Below the pieces are notes generated by a model that saw nothing but the letters and a program-made list of their open reading frames with translations, was not told the DNA's origin and did not search any database. 64,000 bases of DNA from Clostridiales bacterium (GTDB taxonomy: Bacteria > Bacillota > Clostridia > Christensenellales > Borkfalkiaceae), in the NCBI GenBank assembly GCA_015069565.1, contig SVIJ01000001.1, positions 8,056 to 72,055 of the forward strand, written 5' to 3'. The translations under genes and the position numbers were made by a program. How positions within the stretch are numbered: position 1 is the stretch's first letter; every line of letters starts with the position of its first letter. Shown here piece by piece: positions 1 through 9,349 of the stretch.

Positions 1-966
1 TTCCTGAGCGTGAATGCGCCCAACTTGGAAGCAAGATTCATCGACGGCAGCGCATACGAGCTGGAATCTTGGATGTACGAAGTATTCTCAAGAGACGGTC
101 AGTACGCGGACGAACGCTTCTACGCGAACTTCTATTACTATGCAATGTATCTCTATTACGGGTACTATCCTTACGGCTCAACCTACGGATTGATGCTCAC
201 CTATCCCCAAAACGGCGTGGGCTACGACGAGTTCATTTGGTCTTGCTTCTTCCAGGATATCTACTATACGGAAGATACGATTGATGAAACCACCATGTCT
301 GCAATCGACGCCGTGAAGGCGTTGCCCGACTTGGCGGAAATTCAAGGCTTGATTGCTTCGGCGGATCAGGCGGCGGCGCTTGTGAGAGCGGAAGAAATCA
401 CCGCACTCTTGAAGACGGCGCGCGGTATGTACAACAACATCGTCAGCGATACGCAGCTTGCGTTCTTCAACGGCGGCTTTGACGGTACGGATTACTTTGC
501 GGTTCTCTCTGAAAAGGAACAGGCAATGCGTCCTGTGAAGGATCATTTCGGCATCAAGACGACGGTTGTATCCATCACGTTGGTATCGACGCCCGATAAG
601 ATGCAGTATATCGAAGGGGAAACGATCGACACGACGGGTATGGTGATCGAAGCAACCTACGACGACGGTACGAAGGCGGTGGTGGACGGCTATACCCTGT
701 CCACGAACGTGGCAACCCTGACTGGCGGTAGAATCACCGTTTCGTTCGGCGGCAAGACGACGTCCTTCCGTATCACCGTGAAGGCGGCGGAAGAAAAGCC
801 CGACGAGCCTGTGATCCCCGACGACCCCCCTGTATCTTCCGACACCGAAGAACCTGCGCCTTCTGAAAAGAAGGGCTGCCGTTCGGTAATCAGCGTAAGC
901 GGCGCGGTGTTCGGGTTGGCAGTTGCGGCGGTGGTGCTGCTCAAAAAGAAGGAGGAAAACGTATGA
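1..966 (+). CDS. Cell-surface protein, C-terminal part (5' end outside window)
   Basis: Frame is open from base 1 (no stop before the listed GTG at 10). Contains a beta-rich Ig-like module (VSITLVSTPDKMQYIEGETIDTTGMVIEATYDDGT...RITV) and a Pro/Asp/Glu stalk. Ends in a hydrophobic anchor VISVSGAVFGLAVAAVVLL followed by KKKEE. Confidence 0.55.
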   Translation, partial: FLSVNAPNLEARFIDGSAYELESWMYEVFSRDGQYADERFYANFYYYAMYLYYGYYPYGSTYGLMLTYPQNGVGYDEFIWSCFFQDIYYTEDTIDETTMSAIDAVKALPDLAEIQGLIASADQAAALVRAEEITALLKTARGMYNNIVSDTQLAFFNGGFDGTDYFAVLSEKEQAMRPVKDHFGIKTTVVSITLVSTPDKMQYIEGETIDTTGMVIEATYDDGTKAVVDGYTLSTNVATLTGGRITVSFGGKTTSFRITVKAAEEKPDEPVIPDDPPVSSDTEEPAPSEKKGCRSVISVSGAVFGLAVAAVVLLKKKEENV

Positions 967-1661
967 AAACGGTGAAAAAAATCCTGCTTATTTTGCTTTC
1001 CGTTTTGACGTTTATGCTGTGTTGCGCTTGTGGGAACACGGACAGCGCAATCCCGAAGGAATTTTCTGTTTGCGTCACCTATTGCTTTAACGGCGGCAAG
1101 ATGGAAAACTACGCGGAGAGAACGCAGTTGACGGTGTTCTATAAACCGCAATCGCGTATCGCCGAGCCGGGCGTGAGCACCAGCGAATTACAGGAAGTAA
1201 AACGCAGCGGTTGCTTTGCGGCGGGCTGGTACTATGCAAAAACCAACGAAAAGGGTGAGATTGTCTACGACGAAGTAGGCAATCCCATCCCTGGGGATAA
1301 GGCTTTCGACTTCAAAAACGACGTGGTCACGGAAAACATCACGCTCGTGATTAAGTGGAGCCAAAAAATCAAGGTTATTTTCAAAAATCTCTATTCTACG
1401 CAGGCCAAGGAATACACGAAGAACTATGAATCGGGCGATAAGTTCAACCGCCCTGGCATTGAAACTTCGGCAAGGGGCGGCAAGGTGGAAGGCTATTACT
1501 GGTCTTACGACGAAGGGACGGACACCTATTCCGACGAAATCGTATTCGGCAATTTGACCTTTGACGACTTGCAGGCAAGAATCGGGGATGATCCTGAAAA
1601 AGAAGGCGATTACGCAGTCCTTTACGTCTACGTAAAAATCGCGCCTGAAACGAATGAATAA
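963..1661 (+). CDS. Secreted/lipoprotein-like protein with GW-type (Listeria-Bacteroides repeat-like) modules
   Basis: ATGA overlap with the upstream stop. N-terminal signal MKTVKKILLILLSVLTFMLCCACGN. GW-containing motifs (CFAAGWYYAKTNEKGEIVYD; VEGYYWSYDEG) resemble the repeats in the 9350 gene. Confidence 0.55.
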   Translation: MKTVKKILLILLSVLTFMLCCACGNTDSAIPKEFSVCVTYCFNGGKMENYAERTQLTVFYKPQSRIAEPGVSTSELQEVKRSGCFAAGWYYAKTNEKGEIVYDEVGNPIPGDKAFDFKNDVVTENITLVIKWSQKIKVIFKNLYSTQAKEYTKNYESGDKFNRPGIETSARGGKVEGYYWSYDEGTDTYSDEIVFGNLTFDDLQARIGDDPEKEGDYAVLYVYVKIAPETNE

Positions 1662-1682
1662 ATATAAAGGAAGGAGAAAATC

Positions 1683-4439
1683 ATGGTGAAATTTTTACGC
1701 GAAAAGAAAGCATTTTTCGCAAAAGCATTGTCGGTATGTCTTGCGATTTCGTTGAGCATGACAGCCACGGCTTGCGGCGGAAAAACACCCGATTCGAGCA
1801 GCAACGACAGCACGGGTTCGGGGGATTCGTCCGTTAAGCAAAAAATTTACGACAACGAAACGATGCCCGTCACCTTTTCCGTAGGAGAACTGGACGGCGT
1901 ATTCAATCCTTTTTATTCGACTTCGGCATACGATGGCGAAATCGTAGGTATGACGCAGATCAGTATGCTTAGCTCCGACGCGCTCGGCGGCGTAGCATAT
2001 GGCCGTGAAGAGCCTGTTATGACGCTCGATATGACGCAAACCATGTACGACGCGGACGGGCAGGTGACGGAAGACGGTTCTTCCGACGGCACGACCGTGT
2101 ACGAGTTCTTGATCAAAAACGGCGTTAAGGACAGCCAAGGCTATCCCATCACAATCAACGACGTACTCTTTAATATGTACGTATATCTCGACCCCGTTTA
2201 CAACGGTTCTTCGACGATGTATTCGACCAAGATCCAAGGCTTGAACGCATATAAGACGGGTAAGGAAACGGGTACGGAAGACGAAGTGCACGGTATGAAC
2301 ACGACCGCGCTTGCAAACGCTCGTTCTACCATCAACAACGTGATCGCGTATGCGAACGCGGTGTATTTACCCGATCAGTATCAGCACGCGTTCACGGACG
2401 AACAGGTGGCAGAGTTTGAAACGTATATCGAAAAGCTGTACGGCTTCTTCGAAAATATGCTTCCTGTGGACTGGAACGGCTGCTCCAACAGCATGGAAAC
2501 GGCGCAAGAAAACTATATCTTGGTGGACGGCGAAGAATACCGTACCAACAAGGAAAACCCGAGAACGTACGAAATTTCCAAGGTTTGGGAATATTTCTGT
2601 ATCGCGGAAGGGCTTTGCCAGTACGTTAAGGTAAACGACGACGAAAAGACGGACGAAGAAACGCCCCGTTATTACGTAGTTGTGGACACGGGTATCCAAA
2701 ATGATATCGAACAGGCAACGGCAGGGCTTTCGGACGCGGATGCGATTCTTGAAGCGGAAAAGAAGATTTGCTTTGACGCAATGCGCGACGAATACAAGAA
2801 CTACGGCAAGGTGGAAACCCTTTGCTACGGTTTCTCCGTCGGCAACGAGCTGCTTGAATACTTGAAGGGTATCGAGCTTGAAAAGCTTACGTCGGCATCC
2901 GACGCAATCAAGAATATCCACGGTATCACGACGAGAAAGACCACCGTGTTCAACGGTGTGAACTACGCAGAATCGCACGACGTTTTGAGAATCGTTATCA
3001 ACGGCGTTGACCCCAAAGCAATTTGGAACTTTGCATTCACCGTTGCGCCCATGAGATATTACGCAAGCGCAGAGCAAATCGAGCTCTTCGACGGCTTACA
3101 GCATTTCGGTGTGGAAAAGAGCTCGACGACCTATCGTGACGATCAGCTGAAAAACGTAGAACGTATGGGCTTGCCCATCGGCGGCGGCGCGTATATGGCA
3201 AGCTCCGCAAACGGTACGCCTGCAAAGGTGAGAACGGACTTCCGTTCCAAGAACGTTGTATACTATCAACGCAACCCGTACTTCTATACGATCGGTATCG
3301 ACTCGCCTACGGCGACCAAGGACGACTATGCAAAGAGCGCGGAAGAAGCGGATACGCCGATCCATAACGCGAAGATTAAGTACTTGCGTTATCAGGTTGT
3401 TTCGTCTTCCAACGTTATGGACGCGATGATTGCGAAGGAAATTGATTTCAGCTCGGAAATTTCCGCAAAGCAAGCGACCATCAACCAGCTGAACCAGTAC
3501 AGCGATTATCTCGATTACGCTCGTCAGCCGAACAACGGCTACGGCTATATCGGCTTGAACGCAAAATACGTGCCTGATATCGAAGTTCGTCGTTTGATCA
3601 TGTACGTTATGGACCGTACAATGATCACGGACAGCTACTACACCGACGGTTTGGGCAGCATCATCGAACGTCCTATGACTACCAACTCTTGGGCATATCC
3701 CGACGACGCGACGCAGTACTATACGCAGGACTGGTTCATCCAGCATTACCAGGAAGCGTATGGTATCACCTTGGCAAAGGTTGCGGATACGGCGCAGTTC
3801 TTAGAAAACGCGTTGAAGGCGCTTGGTTATCAAAAGTCGGACGGTATCTACCAAAAGAAGCTTGCGGACGGCAAGACGACGTCGAAGCTGGATTACACCT
3901 TCACGATCGCAGGCGAAACGAAAGATCACCCTGCATACTCGGTATTCGCTTTGGCGGCGGAAGATTTGAACAAGGCGGGTATGAGCATCGACGTTAAGAC
4001 GGACGCGCAAGCGCTTTCCAAGCTCGCAAACGGTCAGCTTGCCGTTTGGGCGGCTGCGTGGGGCAGCGCGATCGACCCTGACCTGTATCAGGTATACCAC
4101 AAGTATTCGCAGGCAACCAGCGTCAACAACTGGGGCTATTCCACGATTTTGGATAGCAACAACAGCAAGCTGTACGAAGCAGAATTGAAGATCATCGACA
4201 AGCTCTCTAAGGACATCGATTTGGCGCGTGCTACGCTCGACCAAGACATCCGCGCGGACATCTATGCGGAAGCGCTCGATTACATTATGGAACTTGCCGT
4301 GGAACTTCCCACCTACCAAAGAGTAAACCTGCTCGTATACAATTCTTCGAAGATCGACCCTGCGTCCTTGACGGCGAAGAGCGATTTGACGGCTTACAGA
4401 GGCTTGATCGAAAAGATTTGGGAACTCGACTTGCTTTAA
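1683..4439 (+). CDS. ABC transporter substrate-binding lipoprotein, family 5 (Opp/Dpp-type), unusually long (918 aa)
   Basis: RBS AAGGAGAA upstream. Signal plus lipobox (LSMTATAC-GG). Family-5 SBP-like blocks (GGGAYMASS; YGYIGLNAKYVPDIEVRRLIMYVMDR). First gene of an SBP-permease-permease-ATPase-ATPase set. Confidence 0.8.
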   Translation: MVKFLREKKAFFAKALSVCLAISLSMTATACGGKTPDSSSNDSTGSGDSSVKQKIYDNETMPVTFSVGELDGVFNPFYSTSAYDGEIVGMTQISMLSSDALGGVAYGREEPVMTLDMTQTMYDADGQVTEDGSSDGTTVYEFLIKNGVKDSQGYPITINDVLFNMYVYLDPVYNGSSTMYSTKIQGLNAYKTGKETGTEDEVHGMNTTALANARSTINNVIAYANAVYLPDQYQHAFTDEQVAEFETYIEKLYGFFENMLPVDWNGCSNSMETAQENYILVDGEEYRTNKENPRTYEISKVWEYFCIAEGLCQYVKVNDDEKTDEETPRYYVVVDTGIQNDIEQATAGLSDADAILEAEKKICFDAMRDEYKNYGKVETLCYGFSVGNELLEYLKGIELEKLTSASDAIKNIHGITTRKTTVFNGVNYAESHDVLRIVINGVDPKAIWNFAFTVAPMRYYASAEQIELFDGLQHFGVEKSSTTYRDDQLKNVERMGLPIGGGAYMASSANGTPAKVRTDFRSKNVVYYQRNPYFYTIGIDSPTATKDDYAKSAEEADTPIHNAKIKYLRYQVVSSSNVMDAMIAKEIDFSSEISAKQATINQLNQYSDYLDYARQPNNGYGYIGLNAKYVPDIEVRRLIMYVMDRTMITDSYYTDGLGSIIERPMTTNSWAYPDDATQYYTQDWFIQHYQEAYGITLAKVADTAQFLENALKALGYQKSDGIYQKKLADGKTTSKLDYTFTIAGETKDHPAYSVFALAAEDLNKAGMSIDVKTDAQALSKLANGQLAVWAAAWGSAIDPDLYQVYHKYSQATSVNNWGYSTILDSNNSKLYEAELKIIDKLSKDIDLARATLDQDIRADIYAEALDYIMELAVELPTYQRVNLLVYNSSKIDPASLTAKSDLTAYRGLIEKIWELDLL

Positions 4440-4498
4440 TCAGCAACGAACGCCGTGGCAGGGGGAAGACCCTGCCACGGTGAAAAAGGAAAGTAATT

Positions 4499-5497
4499 AT
4501 GGTTAAATATATAGCGAAAAGATTGCTGCTGTGCCTTTTGGTGCTGTTCGGCGTATCTGTGATTATTTATTGCTTGGTTCTTTTGATGCCGACCGACTTC
4601 GTTGACCAAAAGTTTGCTTCGCAAATCGCGCAGGGCGCAATGGACAAACAGGCAATTCAGGAAATGAAAGAAAAATACGCCTTGGCGGATAAATCCTTCG
4701 CGGGGATCTTCAATGGGTATTTTAACTGGCTTGGAGGGGTTTGTACGGGGGATCTCGGCAGATCCTTCAAGTACGACGCACCCGTCACTACGGTTATCGT
4801 GGAAAATATGGGCATTTCCTTCGGGATCTCGTTTGTCGCGCTCGTGTTGCAGTTTGCAATCGCAATCCCTTTGGGTATTAAGGCGGCTTGCAATCAATAT
4901 GGCAAAACGGACTATATCGTGACAATCTTGACGATGATGGGTATTTCCTTGCCCACCTTCTTCTTGGCGGCGTTGCTCGTACAGGTGTTCGCCATCAATC
5001 TCGGCTGGTTCCCCGTGAACGGCTTGGTGACGGCAAACCTGCCTACGGATACGTCCGCGTTTATGCGTTTCTTGGACGAACTGTGGCATCTTGTATTGCC
5101 GATGACCACGCTTGTAATTTTGTCCATCGGCGGCTTGATGCGTCACACGCGTACGAATATGCTCGAAGTTTTGAACGCCGATTACATTCGTACTGCAAGA
5201 GCGAAGGGCTTGTCCGAAAGAACGGTCGTGTATAAGCACGCGTTCAAGAACACGATGATCCCCATCGTCACGATGACGGCAGGGATTATTCCCAGCCTGT
5301 TCGGCGGTGCGATGATCACTGAAACGGTATTCGGTATCCCTGGTATCGGGAAAATGGCGTACGACGCCTTGAAGATCGGCGACGTGCCGTTCGTTATGGG
5401 CTACAATATGTTCCTTGCCATCTTGACGGTGCTCGGAACGTTGTTGTCCGACTTGATGTATATGGTGGTTGACCCTCGCGTCAAGCTTACAAAATAA
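4499..5497 (+). CDS. Opp/Dpp-type ABC permease (OppB-like)
   Basis: Multi-TM protein with the conserved cytoplasmic loop YIRTARAKGLSERTVVYKHAFKN. Position in the operon fits. Confidence 0.9.
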   Translation: MVKYIAKRLLLCLLVLFGVSVIIYCLVLLMPTDFVDQKFASQIAQGAMDKQAIQEMKEKYALADKSFAGIFNGYFNWLGGVCTGDLGRSFKYDAPVTTVIVENMGISFGISFVALVLQFAIAIPLGIKAACNQYGKTDYIVTILTMMGISLPTFFLAALLVQVFAINLGWFPVNGLVTANLPTDTSAFMRFLDELWHLVLPMTTLVILSIGGLMRHTRTNMLEVLNADYIRTARAKGLSERTVVYKHAFKNTMIPIVTMTAGIIPSLFGGAMITETVFGIPGIGKMAYDALKIGDVPFVMGYNMFLAILTVLGTLLSDLMYMVVDPRVKLTK

Positions 5498-5511
5498 GGA
5501 GGTGCTGAAAA

Positions 5512-6666
5512 ATGGAAAAAGAAAAAGAAGTAATTTCGGAAGATTCCGTATCCGTGGAACAGTGCGCTCCTGAAACGCTTACGGAAGAAACGGCGGTTGC
5601 GGCGGCTACGGCTGACGCGGTGGCGGATACGGTGAATACGGAAGAGAGCGAAAAGTCGGAAGAAGGATTCCTTTCCGACAATATCCGCGTGCTTTCGCCT
5701 GGGAAACTGGTTGCAAAGCGGTTTTTCCGTTCCCGTTTGTCGATGGTCGGCTTGATCATCATTGTCACGCTGTTCTTGATTTCCTTCATCGGGCCGTTGT
5801 TCTCGCCTTGGGGGGAAAAGACGCAGGACCTTTCTGGCGGTGCGCCCATTCACGGCGTGACGGGCTTTGAGTTCAAAGCGCCTGGCGACGAAGAAGTGAT
5901 TAGCGCGTACATCGAAACGATCTCTTACCCTGAAATGAACAGAAACCAAACGACCCCCACGTGGGATCACTGGTTGGGTACGGACGATATGGGGATGGAC
6001 ATTCTCACACGTTTGATGTACGGTGGACGTATTTCCCTGACTCTTGGCTTTATCGTTATCATTTTAGAAACGATTTTAGGGATCATATTAGGCGGTTTAG
6101 CAGGCTATTTTGGGAAGTGGGTGGACGCCGTCGTTATGCGTACGGTCGATATCCTAAGCTGTATCCCGTCCTTGCCGATTATGCTAATTATCAGCGTTAT
6201 TCTCGATTCCAACGGGGTCGACGGGCGGTATAAGATCTATTACATGATGGTAATGATGACCGTTCTAGGCTGGTCGGGGATTGCTCGTCTTGTGCGCGGG
6301 CAGGTGTTGATGCTTCGCGAGCAGGAATATATGGTCGCGGCGGACGCTTGCGGTATTCCCGTATCCCAGCAGATCTTCAAGCACCTTGTGCCGAACATTA
6401 TGCCGCAGCTCATCGTCACGATGACGCTTGGTTTGGGCTCTATCATTTTGACGGAAGCGACGCTTGGGTTCTTGGGGCTCGGCGTAGAATATCCCAGCGC
6501 GTCTTGGGGTACGATGATCGAAGCGGGCTCAAATCCCGACGTTTTGCGTAGTGGGTTCTGGAATATGTGGATTCCCGCAGGTATATGTATCGTTTTGGCG
6601 GTGTTGGCGTTCAACTTTATCGGCGACGGCTTGCGCGATGCGTTTGACCCGAAAATGAAGAGGTAA
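5512..6666 (+). CDS. Opp/Dpp-type ABC permease (OppC-like) with acidic N-terminal extension
   Basis: C-terminal 300 aa is a typical OppC-like permease (HWLGTDDMGMDILTRLMYGGRISL...). About 60 aa of E/A/T-rich extension precedes TM1. Confidence 0.9.
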   Translation: MEKEKEVISEDSVSVEQCAPETLTEETAVAAATADAVADTVNTEESEKSEEGFLSDNIRVLSPGKLVAKRFFRSRLSMVGLIIIVTLFLISFIGPLFSPWGEKTQDLSGGAPIHGVTGFEFKAPGDEEVISAYIETISYPEMNRNQTTPTWDHWLGTDDMGMDILTRLMYGGRISLTLGFIVIILETILGIILGGLAGYFGKWVDAVVMRTVDILSCIPSLPIMLIISVILDSNGVDGRYKIYYMMVMMTVLGWSGIARLVRGQVLMLREQEYMVAADACGIPVSQQIFKHLVPNIMPQLIVTMTLGLGSIILTEATLGFLGLGVEYPSASWGTMIEAGSNPDVLRSGFWNMWIPAGICIVLAVLAFNFIGDGLRDAFDPKMKR

Positions 6667-6671
6667 TTGCC

Positions 6672-7985
6672 ATGGCTGAAAATAAACACGTGCATCGCCT
6701 TAGTGCGAAAGAATTGCGTGCAATCGCAAAAGAAAACAGCAAAACGATCAAGCATTACGAGAAACTGAAAAAGCGTAAATACATTCCCGAAAGCGAATAC
6801 GTGACTGAAATGAAGGACGAAAAGAACGTTTTGGAAGTGGAAAATTTGCACACCTATTTCTTCACCGACGTAGGTGTGGTAAAGGCTGTAAATAACGTTT
6901 CGTTTAACATTCCGCAGGGCGCGACGGTCGGTATCGTGGGCGAGAGCGGCTGCGGTAAAAGCGTCACTTCCCTGTCGATTATGGGCTTGGTACAAGGCCC
7001 GACGGGGCAGGTCGTCGACGGCGAAATCCGTTTTAAGACGGAAGTGTTGAAGACGGACGAAAACGGCAAATATATCCCTGTCTATGAGCTGGACGAGAAC
7101 GGCGAAAAGATCGTCGAATCCGTTCGAGTGGATAAAAAGACGGGGGCAGAGATCGTTCAATACAAGCAAAAACGTGATGAAACGGGCGCTTTTGTGTTTG
7201 AAAAAGAACCGAAGGTGTATAACCTTGTCAAAGCGCCGAAGAGCGAAATGAGCAAGATCCGCGGCAGAGAAGTGGCGATGATCTTCCAAGAACCGATGAC
7301 GTCGCTCAATCCTGTATTTACGATCGGCCAGCAGCTGGACGAAGTGTATCTCTTACATAATCCTGGCGTGACGAAGGAAGGCGCGAAAGCGCGCACCTAC
7401 GAAATGCTGAAACTCGTTGGGATCATTCCCGAAAACGTGTACACTCGCTACCCGCACGAGCTTTCTGGCGGTATGCGTCAAAGAGTCGTGATTGCGATGG
7501 CGCTGACCTGCAATCCGCGCCTGATCATCGGCGACGAGCCGACAACGGCGCTCGACGTGACCATTCAAGCGCAGATCTTGGAGCTCCTTCGGGACATCAA
7601 GACCAAGATTAACGGCTCGATCGTGCTCATCACGCACGATTTGGGGGTAATCGCGGAAATGGCGGATTACGTCGTCGTTATGTATGCAGGGAAGGTGATT
7701 GAAACGGGTACGGTTATGGAAATTTTCAAAAATCCCTTGCACCCGTACACCATCGGTTTGCAAAAGAGCAAACCTGTAATCAACCAAAGCAAGGAAAGGC
7801 TGTATAGTATTCCTGGCAACGTTCCCAACCCGATTGAAATGCCTACGCATTGTTATTTCAAGGACCGTTGCGACCGCGCTTGCGACAAGTGCTCGGGCGA
7901 ATACCCTGGCTACGTACAGGTATCCCCGACGCATAAGGTAGCTTGCTATCTCTACAACGAGGAGGCGAAACATGAGCACGAATAA
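6672..7985 (+). CDS. Opp/Dpp-type ABC ATPase (OppD-like) with N-terminal extension and internal insertion
   Basis: Walker A GESGCGKS, signature LSGGMRQR, Walker B LIIGDEPTTALD. C-terminal oligopeptide domain with Cys motif. Confidence 0.9.
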   Translation: MAENKHVHRLSAKELRAIAKENSKTIKHYEKLKKRKYIPESEYVTEMKDEKNVLEVENLHTYFFTDVGVVKAVNNVSFNIPQGATVGIVGESGCGKSVTSLSIMGLVQGPTGQVVDGEIRFKTEVLKTDENGKYIPVYELDENGEKIVESVRVDKKTGAEIVQYKQKRDETGAFVFEKEPKVYNLVKAPKSEMSKIRGREVAMIFQEPMTSLNPVFTIGQQLDEVYLLHNPGVTKEGAKARTYEMLKLVGIIPENVYTRYPHELSGGMRQRVVIAMALTCNPRLIIGDEPTTALDVTIQAQILELLRDIKTKINGSIVLITHDLGVIAEMADYVVVMYAGKVIETGTVMEIFKNPLHPYTIGLQKSKPVINQSKERLYSIPGNVPNPIEMPTHCYFKDRCDRACDKCSGEYPGYVQVSPTHKVACYLYNEEAKHEHE

Positions 7986-9048
7986 TTCCATGATTACACC
8001 CGACTCCGTTTCGTCGGTAGAGCCCGTAGTAGAAGAAGTGGCAGGTGTTCAAGCGGCGGAAAAATCCGACGTGTTGCTCGAAGTCAAGAACTTGAAAAAG
8101 AGCTTCGTTGTAGGAACGAGCTTTTTCGGCAAGCCGACGAAATATCTTCGCGCGGTGGACGACGTTTCTTTTACGCTCAAAAGGGGCAAAACGATCGGTA
8201 TCGTAGGGGAATCGGGCTGCGGCAAAACGACGATGGGCAGAACGATTTTGAAGCTCCACGACGTGACGGGCGGCAGAATTATCTTCGACGGCGAAGACAT
8301 CACCGACTATACGCGCGCGCAAATGCGTGCGTTGCGCCAGCGGATGCAAATCATTTTCCAAGACCCCTATTCTTCCCTTTCTCCGAGAATGAACGTCGGG
8401 GAAATCATCGGGGAAGCGGTCAAGGTACACGGCATCGTGCCCGCGCATGAGCAAAAGAAGTACATTCAAGACATCATGCAAAAGTGCGGTTTGCAGTCCC
8501 ATTTCTACGATCGCTACCCGCACGAGTTCTCGGGCGGTCAAAGACAGCGTATTTGTATCGCAAGAGCGATTGCCCTTAAACCCGAGCTTATCATCTGCGA
8601 CGAGCCCGTTTCGGCGCTCGACGTGTCCATTCAAGCGCAGATTATCAACCTTTTGAAGGATATGCAAAAAGAGATGAACATCGCTTACGTCTTCATCTCG
8701 CACGACCTTTCCGTCGTAGAGCATATCTCCGACGAAGTGGGGGTTATGTACTTGGGTAATATGGTGGAAAAAGGGCCGAAGGACAGGATTTTTGCAAATC
8801 CTTTGCACCCTTACACGCAGGCGCTGTTTAGCGCGATTCCCGTTCCCGATCCCGAAACGAAGATGCAACGGCGTATTTTGAAGGGGGATATCCCCAGTCC
8901 GTCGAATCCACCTTCGGGGTGTAAATTCCACACGCGTTGTGAACGCTGTATGGAAATTTGCAAAACGAAAGTTCCCACCGTTCGCGAAGTCGAGCCGGAA
9001 CATTTCGTAGCGTGCCATTTGTACAACGAAGACGAGAATGAAGGATAA
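7972..9048 (+). CDS. Opp/Dpp-type ABC ATPase (OppF-like)
   Basis: Walker [10 protein letters not shown], signature FSGGQRQR, Walker [13 protein letters not shown]. Overlaps the upstream stop by 14 nt. Confidence 0.9.
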   Translation: MSTNNSMITPDSVSSVEPVVEEVAGVQAAEKSDVLLEVKNLKKSFVVGTSFFGKPTKYLRAVDDVSFTLKRGKTIGIVGESGCGKTTMGRTILKLHDVTGGRIIFDGEDITDYTRAQMRALRQRMQIIFQDPYSSLSPRMNVGEIIGEAVKVHGIVPAHEQKKYIQDIMQKCGLQSHFYDRYPHEFSGGQRQRICIARAIALKPELIICDEPVSALDVSIQAQIINLLKDMQKEMNIAYVFISHDLSVVEHISDEVGVMYLGNMVEKGPKDRIFANPLHPYTQALFSAIPVPDPETKMQRRILKGDIPSPSNPPSGCKFHTRCERCMEICKTKVPTVREVEPEHFVACHLYNEDENEG

Positions 9049-9331
9049 CACGCAAGACACGGCAAAGAATAACGGCAAAAATACGAAAAAAGCAAAGAAA
9101 GAGAAGATCGTCTATATCGACGATCATCATACGGTTGCGAATATGAACGTGGAAGGTATGCCTTGGCACACCAAAAGCGATCCCGACCCTAAAAAGCAAC
9201 CCGACAGACTTTCTTTCAAGGAAAAGCTGGCGCTGACGCTTGGTGCGTATCGTGCGTACCTGCCCATTGTTTTGGGGATCGGCTTTTCCCTTTTATTCGT
9301 ATATTTACTGTTAAAATTGATGTGGAGTTGA
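9038..9331 (+). CDS. Small membrane protein (97 aa), hypothetical
   Basis: ATG overlaps the oppF-like stop by 11 nt. Lys-rich N-part and a single C-terminal TM (LPIVLGIGFSLLFVYLLLKLMW). Confidence 0.45.
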   Translation: MKDNTQDTAKNNGKNTKKAKKEKIVYIDDHHTVANMNVEGMPWHTKSDPDPKKQPDRLSFKEKLALTLGAYRAYLPIVLGIGFSLLFVYLLLKLMWS

Positions 9332-9349
9332 TTTTTTTGGACGGTCAAT

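Noticed and set aside
7858-9078. Long antisense ORFs opposite well-supported genes. Others lie at 6240..7289, 10823..11959, 38988..39884, 39431..40390, 43451..44488, 45490..46725, 58056..59426 and 59931..60866.
   Set aside because: - They are shadow ORFs on the strand opposite conserved genes (oppF, oppD, S8 peptidase, pyrH, frr, rseP, ffh, the membrane protein and comM).
- Their composition is Arg/His/Leu-rich and of low complexity.
- They have no RBS and no recognisable motifs.
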